Assembly: GCA_004764695.1 (NCBI GenBank)
Contig: SMSO01000014.1
Span: forward strand, 1,235,648 to 1,299,647
DNA length: 64,000 nt
Direction: 5' to 3'
From: Schizochytrium sp. TIO01
Lineage: Eukaryota > Protista > Bigyra: Labyrinthulomycetes
Part shown: in pieces, positions 10,085 through 22,119 of the stretch
Layout of the letters: each line of letters opens with the position of its first letter
Position numbering within the stretch: the first letter of the stretch is position 1
Position numbers and translations under genes: made by a program
Notes under the pieces: generated by a model
Told to the model about the DNA's origin: nothing
Seen by the model: the letters and a program-made list of their open reading frames with translations, nothing else
The model's database searches: none

Positions 10085-13000
10085 GAGAGACTCTTTAGAC
10101 CTTGAAAAAAGTTTCTCGACTGTTCAACGACAAAAAAAGGCTCTCTCGCTCGCTCCACGCTGGTGTTAGTGTTGACTTCACAGAACACCAACCCGTGGAA
10201 GGTTTATAGTCCCGTTCTAACACTAGTCGTAGAGTTTTCCTTCAAAAAAAGTATACAAGCAATCGATGCAGAGTTGCGTGAATCAATGAAGTGTACAAAA
10301 TACTAAGGTTGCTGGGAAACCTCTCGACCTTTCAATTACAATGGAATGTAGCCTGGTTCGCGCCTCAAATGAGTGCGAAGCTAAAGCTGGGATTACTTAA
10401 AGAATATGCAACAAGACTTAAGGCTTCGAAGTAGGACCGGAGCTCTTACAATCTATGTCTGACTTGGCAAGTTACACGATGTCCTTTCCAAGGAGGACTC
10501 CACGTGCTTCGCGCTGACGATCACAACCACACTAAGCAGCAGATCTTCCACAGGAGAGTCCAGAAGAACTCTGCGCGGCAGCTCAAAGTTTACAGTTAGA
10601 GTCAGCCAGAGTCCACAGGCGCTGTTGACGCCTTTCTTGCAGGCGTTGGTATCCACAGTGAAGCGTAAGCACGTCTTGTTGGCGTTATGCCGAGAGCTGT
10701 CAGTAGTCCTGAAATCCAGCTCAGTGAGCTGCAAACTACAACAACAAAATCCAAGCAAAAGCGAAGTTTCGAATCCCAGTTTCTACACGATTCTCAACGT
10801 GACATAGAAATTCCTAATGCTCGAGAGAGATCTCGATATTGCGAGAGTACTTGGTCAGAGTTTTGTCACCGGTTGACCAAAGATGAGAATGATGATGCTG
10901 CTGACAACGATTCCTCCTCCTCAGTCAGGAACGAGGAGAGTCGCAAGTGGCTTATAGAGCGGCCGCACAAGTCAATAATATACCTAAAACTCATTTGTGA
11001 ATAGGTACAATAGTGAGATATAAATTTATCCCACTTGTGCAATAGTCTAGTGTGGCAGCGAAGGAAGAAGAGCGTGAGTGCGCAATCATGAGCAAGGCAA
11101 ATAAAGGAGGGAGTACTACATTATCAGGTAATGGAGGTTAGTAATGGGCAGGAAGAAGGAAGGAAGAAAAAGGAAGAAAGAACTTGAAAGCGCTTGCAAG
11201 AGATGAAGAAAACAATCAGGAAATACTACGAGAAGGTGAGGCATTGTCGGCATGAATCATCTATCAAGGCGGATCAATGAAATTCAGGGCCATTTTAGTC
11301 ATCAGCTAGAATAACCCTGAATGTCCTCGTGTCAGCCTAAGACCCTCCCTAGACTTCGCGATTCCAACACATTTAGTAAATGAAAAAGCAAGGACCTGCA
11401 AGTTGATAGAGAGGCTAATCCCGCGTACACAATGATTTAAATCATATGTACATTTCGCACTTTGCTTGTGCTTGATTGTTACGATGGGGAAGTACATGCG
11501 AATGGAAGCACAAATTGATGCTCGTAACAGGGAATCTGAGCGAAACAGGTACAAGAGTTGTGACGACAACATTCTTTGAAGATCCCCAGATATGGTGAAA
11601 ATGAGATCAGCTGTTGAGCTCCTGTGCTAGCAGAGATCTTGCCAGCTTTTAGTGAGCTGCATAACACCACCAAAATACCGCACATGAAGCCATTTATTTA
11701 TTTGCAATATTTTGCTACTAATAGATAGGAGCTAAGTACAAAGGTTGATTTGCGATCATGGACGAAATGAAATCTTCGCTCCATAGTTTTTAGTCTTATA
11801 TTTTTAAAAACTAAGATAGGAAAGAAGCAAATAGTAAAGTATTGCACATCTTTTGTTCTGCGAGTTGAACAATATAAACAAGTAGTCTTTCAAAGAGAGA
11901 AGCTCCTATTAGTTCAAAAGAATTCTATAACACGGGTGTTAGTTTATATTTACTAGAGCCTCTTGCTACGAGCACAAAAGCAACGTTGGAGTTATCTGAC
12001 TGATTCAACTTCTGCGAGCATGCACCTAATTTTCGCAGCTATTGATTCTTAATGTAGCCATTATAAATTCATTTATTAGCAGCTTGCTTGAGACCTTTAA
12101 GGGAAGCATACCGAGGCATGCAACTATAAGGCAAAGAAAGCCTCTGTCCTTCATTTTACCATTTTAACACCCAACGCAGGTGTATACGCTCAACATAGAT
12201 TTTCCCAAAGAATATTTGCAAAAATCAATCTATTTGTGGCATAATAGTCAACAACGATTGTTTACAGGTGTCGCCATGTTTTTGCCTTCTTAGATTTGCG
12301 CAAGTTTCATGATGTTCACGCGGCGAATTGGAATAACGAGTTCCCAATTGAATTTTGTCAACTAAGTAATAGGTGCACTGTAGAATTCACACTCTAAAAA
12401 GATACTCCATGAAGCTGCTTTAGACAGTGCAGATGGTATGAGCACTTCCTGTATATAAGAACCAAAGAAAGAATTTGCGCACTTCACATGGGTGCTCGAC
12501 AAGCCTGCGACCCTGCTCTGGGACTAAATATTAGAAATTCATTTAATAATGAACGCTCGTTTCAATTTGAAGTCTGCCAGTGTATTTCCTTCATCTCCAT
12601 ATTGCTACTACATGTTTACTCTCATGTCTTGACTTGAGTTTTAAATGGGTTAATCGTTAACTAGGAGTGATATGTAATTCTTATAGAGTCCATCAGACTC
12701 TAACATCTCCACTCAAAATTCATTTGCTGCCCTCCCAAATCTCAGAGCTTATTTGAAGCAAGACATTTCCTAGTTGTACCTCTACATCAAGAAAGCTATC
12801 CTTGTGTGATACATAATAGTTGATGAGATGGACTGCCTAGGAAAACACGCATTTTTTTCGTTTAAAAAAATAATATTAAAAAGAAAAGATGATTCAAATA
12901 ATATTAAAATGTTTACAGAAAATATAATAAAACTGTATTCAGCTCGTACTCAAGAACTTCCCTCAATCTTTTGCGATGGTATTGTCACGACGATTGTCAC

Positions 13001-13670
13001 AATGCTATAATAAATTTTGTATTACACAAAGCTCAGGCCTAGGAAGGCAGTGAGTAACTTAAAGTTGAACTTTAAAACTTAGACTTTAAGTTTCAGACCT
13101 CCCTCCTTCCTGTCCTGGACACACCTTCATGTGTTCGTTTCGTTCCGGAACGCATTGCCTACACGTTTCGAGTGAGCCTGTTGGGTACCCCAAAGTTGTA
13201 AGATAGATGTTCTGCCCTCCCAGCTAATGAGCCAGCTGAGATGATTTAATGATGTGATTTAACTTGGAGAGTTGTTGCAAGTCGTTAACTTGTCATCTAG
13301 AAACATATTCAACTTGAGCTTTAAGATCATGCCGTGAGACTTCAGAGTTTATGAGTTCACCGCGCTCCTATTAAAGTTTATGCTGCGACCAGGCTCTGTT
13401 TCTAGCCTAATAGGCAATGATTCTAAATAAGCCCGCTCTTTAAAAACAAAAATTAATTAATTAAAAAAAATGCCTTCATTGCAGGGTCGCAGTGTGAGTG
13501 ATGATTTATCATGAAATCCCCGATGAACTGTGACCCATATTTACATCAGAGCCGTCAATATGGCGCAAGCTTCCCCAAGTAACTTTGCATTCGCATGGAT
13601 GAAGTTTACTCCAATCGTTATGTCCTCTGCTTCTCGGGTACGCATTGCGCGGCACGTGCAGAACATGTTT

Positions 13671-13702
<32 letters not shown>

Positions 13703-14453
13703 TAAGTTCTTCCGAGTCAACTTAAAGAAAGTAAGCGATAAAACATTATAAGGCCTATGTTTCTTTCCTTATTTGTATTACAAAACACTTTCCTCATTTG
13801 GCGCGGGTGTGCTAAGATAAATGATAGGAGGACCATAGGAGGTACATTGGTTGTGCGATTCTGCTCTATAAAAAATGGAGGATTGAGCAAAAGAGCGAGA
13901 GATGATGAGGTCTGCTTGCCATGTGGCTTGGCAGATCATGATGGCTCAATTGGGATTGTTAGCGACTCAGCGAGGGAAGTGCAGAGAGCGTGAGGAACAC
14001 AAAGATCGCTCCATCTTCTCTAACGCGGGTACGATTGTGGCTCGAACTTGGCTCTGCAGTCTCACAACCTGCACACCTTGCTATTGGGCACTCTAACTAA
14101 AGAGCTTCTGATAAGCTCATTCATAGAAACACAAGTGAAGACACTCAATAGAAGCTTGGTCAAGGTCTCTCGGAAAACAAATCCTCAACTAGTGCAGTGA
14201 GGACTTGTGAAAGGACTGCAGGCTCCCAACGAGCTAGTCTTCTGCAAAAGGCTACTAAGCAGAGCGGTTAGTGTTGCGTTTGCTTTTCCTGCTACTTCGC
14301 TACTTTTACGGCACCACAGGGAATCACCAGAAATAACGGGGTGGCGTTCCATACAAAGTTTGGAGAGGAAACTAGTCTCGAAGCGTACAAGTAGCTTGCA
14401 CAAGTTTGCACAAGCATCAAATCGGGTATCTAAGGTGATACACCATCGACGCA

Positions 14454-17400
14454 ATGGATAGCAAAGCAAGTGGAACCAGGGAGCGGAGCTCTAGCAGGAT
14501 GTCTCCACCGTTTGCGCGCAGAATGCAAAGTTGGTCCAAGAAGTCTAGTAGAAGCTCAATTGCAGACACCCAACCCCCTAGAGGCCTTGATGTCATGAAG
14601 AACATTGTTGCCTCAACACGAAACCTGAATGTCGAACAGGTCAACTTGGCTCGGGCCAAAGGCCTTGATGAGGTCGGCGAAGAAGCCCTTCAAGAATGGG
14701 GTACAGCTATGGATGAAGCCAACCACAGGAGGATCGAATCAGGCAAAGTTGCTACTCGAGAATTTGATCAAGTAAATCGCGGTGTCTCCCTTGAATTTAT
14801 TCTGCGACTTGCTGAACATGTAAAATCCACAGAACCTCGTCTCTACAAAAAGCTCAAGACAAAGGACCTTGTTCATGGCTACCAAGCAGAGCTCAATTCG
14901 GACGGAAAATTTATCAATGGCGCTGACCCCCCCCCCTACTCCATCCGCGCTTTGACTCAGCCATGCTTAAGTAACATGGTTGACTTTTTCACGGACCATG
15001 CGGATCATCCTGCGAGTCTAGAGCTAAAGCAAAGGCTTCAGCAATATGACATTCCTGAACTTCGGAAATACACGCAAACTCAGCAAGCCTTGGCCACCCT
15101 GCGAAGTGATCATGTACAAATTCATGCGTCCATTGCAGACGAGGACGAGGATGTCAATGTTGACGAAGTCAGGGAGGAATTTGGCGAAGGAGCAAATGAT
15201 CGTGATGTCGAAGATATCCCATGGTTTGGTCGTGCAGATTACTTTGTCAGCCACGCCTGGATATCAAATTTCAGTGAGTTAGTGGAGGCGCTAAAAAACC
15301 CACGCTCAACAGGATCTGAATCTTTTGCACAACATATCAGAAAGTATTTCTGGATCGATGCATTTGCAGTGAATCAACATTACGACATCCCGGATGTTCG
15401 TGAAAATGCTCGCATTGCCAAGAAACGTAAAGAAGACCTCAACAACTTTGAATATGTCATTGAGAATGTTAATGAAGGTGTAGCTATCTTCATGTCTCCA
15501 TGGTTTGAGCCAACAATCCTCAACCGGTCATGGTGCTGGTACGAGATTGCAGTTGCTCTAAAAAACAGCAAGAAATTGAACATGGCTTTAACCAACAAGG
15601 CAGCGTCGGCTCTGCGAGAGGCTGCTACTGCATTTACTGAAGATGAAAGATTGCGAACGAAACAGCAGGAAAGACATGTCACAAGCTGCTCTACCATGCT
15701 CAGCAATATTGATGTGGAGTCTAGCAGCTGCACCCTGGATGTGGATCATGAATATATTATGCGACAGATTGAAGAAAAGTCAGGTGGTGCGTCACTTGTC
15801 ACTAAGCATGTGAAGCTGAATATTGCTGGACTTTTTATGACTACCGCAGACTCGCTGCTGGAGACACAGGACGCAAAGGGAATTGATCGGCTGTACAAGG
15901 CTTTAATTCAACAGTTTGATTCTGCTCCCCAAGAGCAAGCAGCAATGATGAACAAGCTCGTCCGTACGCTCATGGTCACTGGTCGGCTTGATCAAGCTGA
16001 GATGTTCTGCAAAGAGGCTATCGACATTCAGAATAGGCTCATTCAAAAGGAGCGTAATCCGAACAACCTAAAGAGCATCAAGCTTGATCTCGCGGTTAAT
16101 TTGAATTCATTGGGCCGCCTGTATGGCGAGACACCAAAACTTGACAATCTTGAGCAAGCACTATCAGCTCTTCATCAGGCAGAAGAAATCCGTCGCGAAT
16201 ATAGATCTCCTGATCTTCATGAGGTTTTGTATAATATCGGTCGTGTTCTTGTTTTACACTATGAGCAATGCTATGTCCCATCACTAGATTCAATAGCGAA
16301 ACGTGCTCAAGATTTACAAAAAGCCAAGAGTTTATTAGAGGAGTCTAGAGAGCTTCAAGATGAACTTCAACATGAACTTCAAAAAGTTTCCAAGAACAAG
16401 GTAATGCCTTCTCTAGGAGCGTGCTATGTGTTTCTTGGCAAGGTCACCGACCTACTAGGTAGCATAGAAGATAGCTATACCAATGTTGCAGACTGTGCAG
16501 CTGAATATGATGCAAGCAAAGATGAAGCATATGAATATTTTCAGCTGGGTGAACTTCAACAACAAAAGGATTTGGGCCGCATGACCCTCGGATCTATTTG
16601 ACCCAGCTTGATACAGCCCGACATTTCGTTCGCCCGCACACATGGGTGCCTAAAGCTGCATGGCGGCTTTTAGTAAATGCTCATAATAACTTACAAATCC
16701 AGGCTCATATGAAAGGTGTCAATGCAATCAAGATTCTCGAGTGTGAAGTGGAAATGATGAAGCTCTTACAGGATCTCAACACTTACCGGGAAGAAGACGT
16801 CATAGAAGAGGAGGAGTTCCCCGGAAGCTCAAACTTGATTGATGTGAGCTTAAAATCCATCAACTGGATTTATATGTATCGACCCCATCTGTATGATTCA
16901 AGAGAAGCCCAAGATCTCATCGAGTCAATTTTTGGCTTTGGTATCGAGAGGGCTGGTTCAAAGCAACTTCTGGCGCTTGGGATTTTGGAAAGGATGCCAG
17001 GGGCTACAATTGAATTCTCTAGTGAGTTCTGCCAAAAGGAGAGGGAATATATGTCACAGTTGCGAACACCTTCAAAATCACCGTTTGCTATTCCTGCTCA
17101 ACTCGAGATGGGGATGGAGACGATGCTTTCTGGCCTTCCTCCCGGCATTGCTGATATCATTGTAGCCGATCCTCCCTACAATATTTCAATTGACTCTACA
17201 TGGGATGAGGTGGGTCACCGCAAGTTTATACGAAACATCGAGTCATGGGCAAGTCACCTTGTGCGCGCTCTCTCGCCTGAAGGGATTGGTTTTGCCTTTT
17301 CTGACATGTCTTACGCATCTTATTGGATTCATGCACTCAGAACAGCTCGTGGCGACTCATCACCAGAAGTTATAGTTGAGTCGGCTATATGGTACAAACC

Positions 17401-17980
17401 AGACGCAGCCTGGAGAAAACAGTTTATTGATTCGAATCCTCAACTGAAGAGCTCATCAGCATTCGATGCTCCTCAGATTGTAAGAGAATCTACGGAGGTG
17501 GCGATTATATTTCGGCGGTCCTCGTCTGCTGCAGGGAAGTTTACTGATGTTTTGAGAAAGAAACTTAACAACGATGCAGCGAATGTGTGGAAAATCGGGA
17601 AATGTGTAGAACCTGAACGCTTGCAAAACGAATATTGGCACGCTGCTCAGAAGCCTCTTAGCCTAATGCGTATTTTAGTTGACATCGGTGTTGAGTTTGC
17701 CAAAGATCGACAAGCGAAATCAGCGGATCCTACGATTTCACTTCAAGATGTTAAAAAGCGTGATATTCTTGTCCTTGAGCCCTTTCTCGGTACTGGAAGC
17801 GGTTCCATTGCTTCTATGGAGCTGGGGCTTCCAGCGATTGGGTGCGACTTAGATTACAAAGATGTGGAGGCAACAAGATTTCGAATCGAAAGCATGATCT
17901 CTAAACCTGCCCCCAAATCCTCTTCATTTATCAGTCTTCGGAAAAGTATATCTGGATTTACTCGAACCAAAAAAAGATAA
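14454..17980 (+). CDS. HET/TIR-like domain - TPR - beta-class N6/N4 DNA methyltransferase fusion (1-nt frameshift at ~16571-16580)
   Basis: FVSHAW, FWIDAFAVNQH, RSWCWYEI; TPR helices; DIIVADPPYN (17168), HAAQKPLSLMRILV, VLEPFLGTGS (17777), IGCDLD; adding 1 nt at TTTGGGCCGC gives LGPHDPRIY and a 1175-aa frame. Confidence 0.8.
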
Positions 17981-18266
17981 TTATAAATCAAATTCATGAG
18001 CAACATAGTTAATCGAGGCATTTTCAGTCCAAATCTAGTTTTGTGTATGGCTCGGCCCATCGTATTTTTGTGTCCATGCTTAATGGAACCCTTTAGCTTT
18101 TACCAAGTCAGGGCACAAACGTATGCTCTCTTTCATTGAAGATACAATTTCAAAGCTTGTCTCGACTGAAGCAAAACAAATACACTATTCCAACATAAAA
18201 GGTAAGAAAAAAATAGTCAGATTGGACGCAGTTGCAGTTTATTTTCTTTTTTAAAGAAATATCTAT

Positions 18267-20090
18267 TTAATCGAGCTTGAGTTGTTTGTAAATGTATTTG
18301 GTAAAGGAAAGCGACGCAAAAAATCCTACCGTGCCAAGCATAAGGGATACACCATAAGATAGAATCAACATGTATCCGAAGAAGAAGGTGGTTTGAAGAG
18401 TTCCAGTCATACGGCTCCGTGCAGAGTAGTAATAGAATGAGTAGAGGTAGATGAAGATTCCGGTGGAGCCTCCAAAGAGCAAAGAGCGCCACCACCAACG
18501 GTGATCTTCAGCTGCCAACTGAAAGTATACCAACGTCACTGTAATTGCAGCGGTGACGGTGAGCAACAGGACAAATGCAAGGAAGAGAATACCGTAGAGA
18601 GAGTACACCTTATGCCCCCAAATGCTTGTGAAAATGTAGTGTACCTCAATGTAGATAGCACTGAAAGGGAGAAATCCAGCTACTAGCACTTGAGTAGCCG
18701 CCTTGTACCAAGGCGAAGCAGGGACCTGACGCGGCACCTTGCTTGTTCTACAAGGAGCCTCGAAAGGAGTGGCATTACGCTTACCAACAATAGCACCCAA
18801 AACTGTAAGCGGAAAGGTTGTCAAGAGATGAATGGCAAAGACAGAGACAATAGTCCAGAATGGCAATGCAGCGGTGGAGTCGTAGGAGATCGCCACAGTG
18901 TTGCAGACGCAAAACATAAGGAACAGAGGACCAGGGAAGAGCACGGAGGTCAGAACCGTGTTCCAAACCCAGTTAAAGCCACCCATCTGCTTGTACACAT
19001 AGGCAGAAACATAACCAGAAGTACCAGCAGTGAGAGGGTAAAGGACAGCAATCACCATTGGGAGGTTACCCTTCTTGCCCGGCGAAAAGGCAAAAAGAGC
19101 AAGAACCAGCAGAAGAACAGTTGTGCAAAGAAGGTGAGTTCCTGAACCCAGAATTGCCGCAAACAGAGTCTTGTTCATGGGGAACCGGAAAACATCGGCA
19201 TGGAGGAGCTTCCAGCCAGATTCATCCTCAGCACCAAATTCTTCCTCTTCATCAGCCAGAAGGTAACGCATGTCGTTATGAAGCACGCGAACCATGATCA
19301 TAGCGAGGAAAGTAGTCAGGAGAATGACTAAAACGAAACTGTTGATGATGCTGAGCCAGTGAATCTCCACGGTAGCGGGGAGAAAGTCTGCCTTCTGGTA
19401 GCGCTCTACGCGGTCTTCGTAGCGCACAGTAGACTCCTTCCACATTACAGCATAAGTGAAGTCCACGGTAATTTCTGAATCAACATCAGTAATGTCGAGG
19501 CGGGTTGTGGGCGACGTAGATACCTGTGCTGCAACAATGCGATCTCCATTGTACTCAATGTTAAAGATCAGATGCGTGTAAAGGTAGCGCTTTGCAGAGA
19601 TGCTTTCAAGAGACTTCTCGTCAAAGCTCTCAAGGGAAGGGAAGGAAGGTGCAGAGTCAAGAAGATTAGGTGTGTGAATGAGTCCCACGTAAGCCCACAC
19701 CGGAAGGTTGTCCACAAGCATTTCGAAGTAGTAATCCTCATCAACAGCCTTTTGAAACTTCTGTACGTCCTCAAGGCTCAAAGACTTTTTGCACAAACGT
19801 CCAAAGTGAAGCGGCACCTTGAATTTGATATCATAGTCTGTGAACACCTTGCGGTCGCCCGCAAGAATCTCGCCAAGATTATGCGATTGTTTTTCCATCT
19901 TTTCAGGCGCACAAAATGGCAACGAGTAGTACTCATATGTCTCTGTGGGATTGAAATACGGCCCAATCTTGTTTGCTACAACACGGACGACATCTCCATC
20001 GTTGTACTTCTCGCCTCCAGCGAGAGCAGTTTGTGCAAAGCATGCCAGAACTGCTGCCACGAAGGCCACCTGGGACTTGAAGCCAGTCAT
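18267..20090 (-). CDS. Transmembrane 9 superfamily (EMP70) protein, TM9SF1-like
   Basis: NKIGPYFNPTETYEYYSLPFC, EIHWLSIINS, ESGWKLLHADVFRFP, WWWRS, C-terminal KLD. Confidence 0.96.
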   Translation of the reverse strand: MTGFKSQVAFVAAVLACFAQTALAGGEKYNDGDVVRVVANKIGPYFNPTETYEYYSLPFCAPEKMEKQSHNLGEILAGDRKVFTDYDIKFKVPLHFGRLCKKSLSLEDVQKFQKAVDEDYYFEMLVDNLPVWAYVGLIHTPNLLDSAPSFPSLESFDEKSLESISAKRYLYTHLIFNIEYNGDRIVAAQVSTSPTTRLDITDVDSEITVDFTYAVMWKESTVRYEDRVERYQKADFLPATVEIHWLSIINSFVLVILLTTFLAMIMVRVLHNDMRYLLADEEEEFGAEDESGWKLLHADVFRFPMNKTLFAAILGSGTHLLCTTVLLLVLALFAFSPGKKGNLPMVIAVLYPLTAGTSGYVSAYVYKQMGGFNWVWNTVLTSVLFPGPLFLMFCVCNTVAISYDSTAALPFWTIVSVFAIHLLTTFPLTVLGAIVGKRNATPFEAPCRTSKVPRQVPASPWYKAATQVLVAGFLPFSAIYIEVHYIFTSIWGHKVYSLYGILFLAFVLLLTVTAAITVTLVYFQLAAEDHRWWWRSLLFGGSTGIFIYLYSFYYYSARSRMTGTLQTTFFFGYMLILSYGVSLMLGTVGFFASLSFTKYIYKQLKLD

Positions 20091-22119
20091 GCTTATTATC
20101 GTCCTCGTAGTAGTCCCTGGAAAAACAAGATTCGAGATTACTTTTATGTCTTCAACCCCAATCGAGTTTTCTCGTCAATAACCTCTACTCAGTAGCGATA
20201 TCCTCTTTCGCTAACCAAGCCAAGGCACGTTGAAGATGGCCCTTGTGAATCGCGAGGAGTGAAGTTCTCCACTGTTTCAACGCGAGCCGGTAAGCTACAG
20301 AACAAGAAAATAGAATGAACAGGTGAATGAAAGAGGGAAGGAATGTATGACGGTGCCAGTTCAAACAACCTAACACGTCGAGTCTCAGGGAGCAAGGAAC
20401 CACAGCCCCGAGAGTTCAATCAATTCGATGGGTCTTATAGAGAGGCCAGCACCCACACCACCCGCGCAGAGCTCCGCGCGCGCGATGGATAATGCTTCAC
20501 TTGCCGATTTGATCTGCTTTGCTTTGATTGACAGCTCCTCTTTTTCCTTTATCTCTCTCTCTAAATTATTCAATTTCCTTAGTTAGTTATCCTCAACTTA
20601 CAGTTATTGGGCCTTACTACTATAGGTAGGTCCTAGGTATATCTGGTATTAATAATAGAGAGAAAAATAGATTAAAAGACAGCAATGATAAACCATTTTT
20701 TTCACTATATGCCATATATGATAGTAGCACTAGCATCTTTGAACGTTCTATATCTTCTTTTTAGCATTACAAACCTTCCTCTTCAGAATGTGGTGCTACT
20801 CCACTCTCACGAGTAGTTAGAGGGAGGTAACCAGTTGAAAGATTTTAAACTGGGGTGAAAGCTCAAACTCAAACAACCAATCGCTCTAATTTCAACTGTT
20901 TTTCAATCTTTAATTATTATTTCTTTAACATCAGCAGAAATCCTAAATTATCCACCAATTAGCTGGTAGCATAGCAGTAAGTAGTAGTCAAGGTTCTTCT
21001 GCGTCTCTTTTCTTCTTCTCCAGCTAGACAGAGCCAGGTATACCTGGCGCATTCAATCAAACTTGCACTCACGCCCTATCTACAAGCGAGTGAGTGATTC
21101 TTTATGTGCTCCTCGGTGCCTCGAATCGCAGACATCATTGCCTTTTGGTCCTTATTACGTTGTATACTGTGTGGCGTGCCTTACTCAGTTTGGAGTTTAG
21201 GAGATTGAGATTGAAGGGGTCTTGCTTCTTGCCGAGAATACTTTAATACAAGTTAAAGTTATGTCAAGTCGGGCTAAGGGAGGAGTTGTTGGAAATCATC
21301 AGCGAGAAAACTAATACAGACAAACCCAGTAACCTACCGTCAGGATTGGTAGGAATTCTTGAAAGGAAGGACAAGCAAAGCATAATATATAGGCCACGTA
21401 AATGTAAGCTCCTATCAACTCGCTCAACGATGTGGAAAAGCTCTATGCCCAATACATCATATGCAGCGCTTGGCTTGCGAGAGATGGATATGCAGCACGT
21501 GATGGTCCAGTTCTTGGGGAGATCAGCTATGAATGGCAGCAAAAAGGCGAATACCGTTTAGTTATGATGGGTGGGAATGAGTGTTTCACTTTGATGGTGT
21601 CTTTTGTGGAAAGACAATCTTAACTTTATGACAGAGGGTGTTGAAAAAATGACCAAATGGCCTCAGATGTTTAGGAATTGCGAGAGTTCTGTGAGACTCT
21701 CCCAAACTTTCAGCAACATTGAAAACTAATGTAAAGTTGATGTGGTGGACAAAGTAGAGCAAAGTATAAACGAATATGCCAGGTGCCACATAGAGAGATT
21801 AAGTAAAATCCTGCGGATGTAAGACTAATTCAAGCCTTATTTAGGACGATGGTCCTATGATCTAGAAGGCCTCATTTATTTGAAGCTATCTTTATCAAGT
21901 ACGTGAACTATGTAAAGATCTTCACTTACAGATCAAGATTGTTCAAAAGATTACAGAAAAGGTTGTAAGAACAGCCATTCACTGGGACTTCAGGAACGAC
22001 ATTTTATGTAACGTATTTAGTAACGTATTTTACTTTCGCTATGAAACCGCCATCAGGAAAAGAAAGCATGTTAAAAAAGCAAAACAAAGACGCTGAGATC
22101 GCTTTGTGAAAGTAAAAGC

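Noticed and set aside
11479-11685. ORF starting MCGI (Ntn-amidotransferase-like N-terminus)
   Set aside because: Only 68 aa with no further glutaminase motifs such as RGPD; likely chance.
14925-14939. DPPPY as a second methyltransferase motif
   Set aside because: Encoded by a C10 run with no surrounding MTase fold context.
14598-17980. Bacterial-style operon or contamination suggested by the 4-nt ORF overlap at 16598-16601
   Set aside because: The second frame is open upstream of its TTG and continues a TPR motif, flanking genes are eukaryotic, and four other genes show similar indels.
20851-20885. GGGGTGAAAG resembling an LSU rRNA fragment
   Set aside because: The similarity does not extend beyond about 10 nt.
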